This document shows, one piece after another, positions 16,302 through 16,604 of a DNA stretch of 16,604 bases (positions within the stretch are counted from its first letter, which is position 1; every line of letters starts with the position of its first letter). The notes under the pieces were generated by a model, which was given only the letters and a program-made list of their open reading frames with translations, made no database searches and was not told the DNA's origin. Origin of the DNA: Elainellaceae cyanobacterium (GTDB lineage Bacteria; Cyanobacteriota; Cyanobacteriia; CAZCXK01); contig JBNPEG010000025.1 in NCBI GenBank assembly GCA_051117555.1, positions 1 to 16,604 on the forward strand. The letters are read 5' to 3'. Position numbers and translations under genes: made by a program.

Positions 16302-16481
16302 AAAGTTAGACTGCTTGATTTAGAGCATGACGAATGATTTTACTATACCGCCCCCAGTCGTTTTTTTGATTAGATTTTGCCGGGTATGTTGGATATCAAA
16401 GTATTCAATAATAATAATGCTACGTTTTATGGCTTTCTCATTTCTTTCTAAGGAAAACATGCGCCTAAATTCATAATGCAT

Positions 16482-16604
16482 GGGAGCACGTCACTTTCTA
16501 CGTAAAAAAATACTGGTCAGGAGAGAGGTCGTCATTCAGATAAGCGCAACGGTGAGCCAAAACTTGTGGAACCCGTTCCGCTTCCCAGGAAGCCCCGGCG
16601 AGCT
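16482..16604 (-). mobile_element. Right end of an ISKra4-like insertion sequence (partial; runs off the window)
   Basis: Transposase-like C-terminus followed 16 nt after the stop by a terminus reading GGGAGCACGTCACTTT on plus, which resembles the GGG(A/T)GC-starting inverted repeats I recall for this group. Confidence 0.7.
16498..16602 (-). CDS. C-terminal 34 aa of an ISKra4-family transposase (partial)
   Basis: Hand translation LAGASWEAERVPQVLAHRCAYLNDDLSPDQYFFT* matches the GA.W....VPQVL.HRCAYLN ending of cyanobacterial ISKra4 transposases. Too short for the ORF track. Confidence 0.75.
   Translation of the reverse strand, partial: LAGASWEAERVPQVLAHRCAYLNDDLSPDQYFFT

Noticed and set aside
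16510..16604. GC-rich right edge as a riboswitch for the export operon
   Set aside because: Better explained as transposase coding sequence.

Overview
Cyanobacterial chromosomal DNA, judged from about 27 hand-counted HIP1 octamers (GCGATCGC) spread across the window. Genes from left to right: a large RTX-tailed UshA/5'-nucleotidase-type metallophosphatase; a four-gene alternating-strand cluster (UbiG-like methyltransferase, TIGR04283-type GT2 glycosyltransferase, DUF547 protein, rhodanese); two small proteins; a PEP-CTERM protein; a DUF2075 nuclease-helicase; a BASS-family transporter; an EcsC/DUF697-like protein; and a reduced NHLP-type peptide export operon (double cNMP-binding protein, very short adaptor, C39-ABC transporter). 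The 3' end of an ISKra4-like IS, absent from the ORF track, sits at the right edge. Most notable: (i) the adaptor lacks its whole hairpin region and no precursor peptide is visible; (ii) an apparently circularly permuted beta-domain is inserted into the phosphatase's RTX cap; (iii) a TATAGC/GCTATA-ended repeat family looks like a portable sigma70 promoter with a palindromic spacer; (iv) two ~57-nt GTAG-type structured repeats show compensatory base changes. Family assignments come from motif recognition, not database searches.
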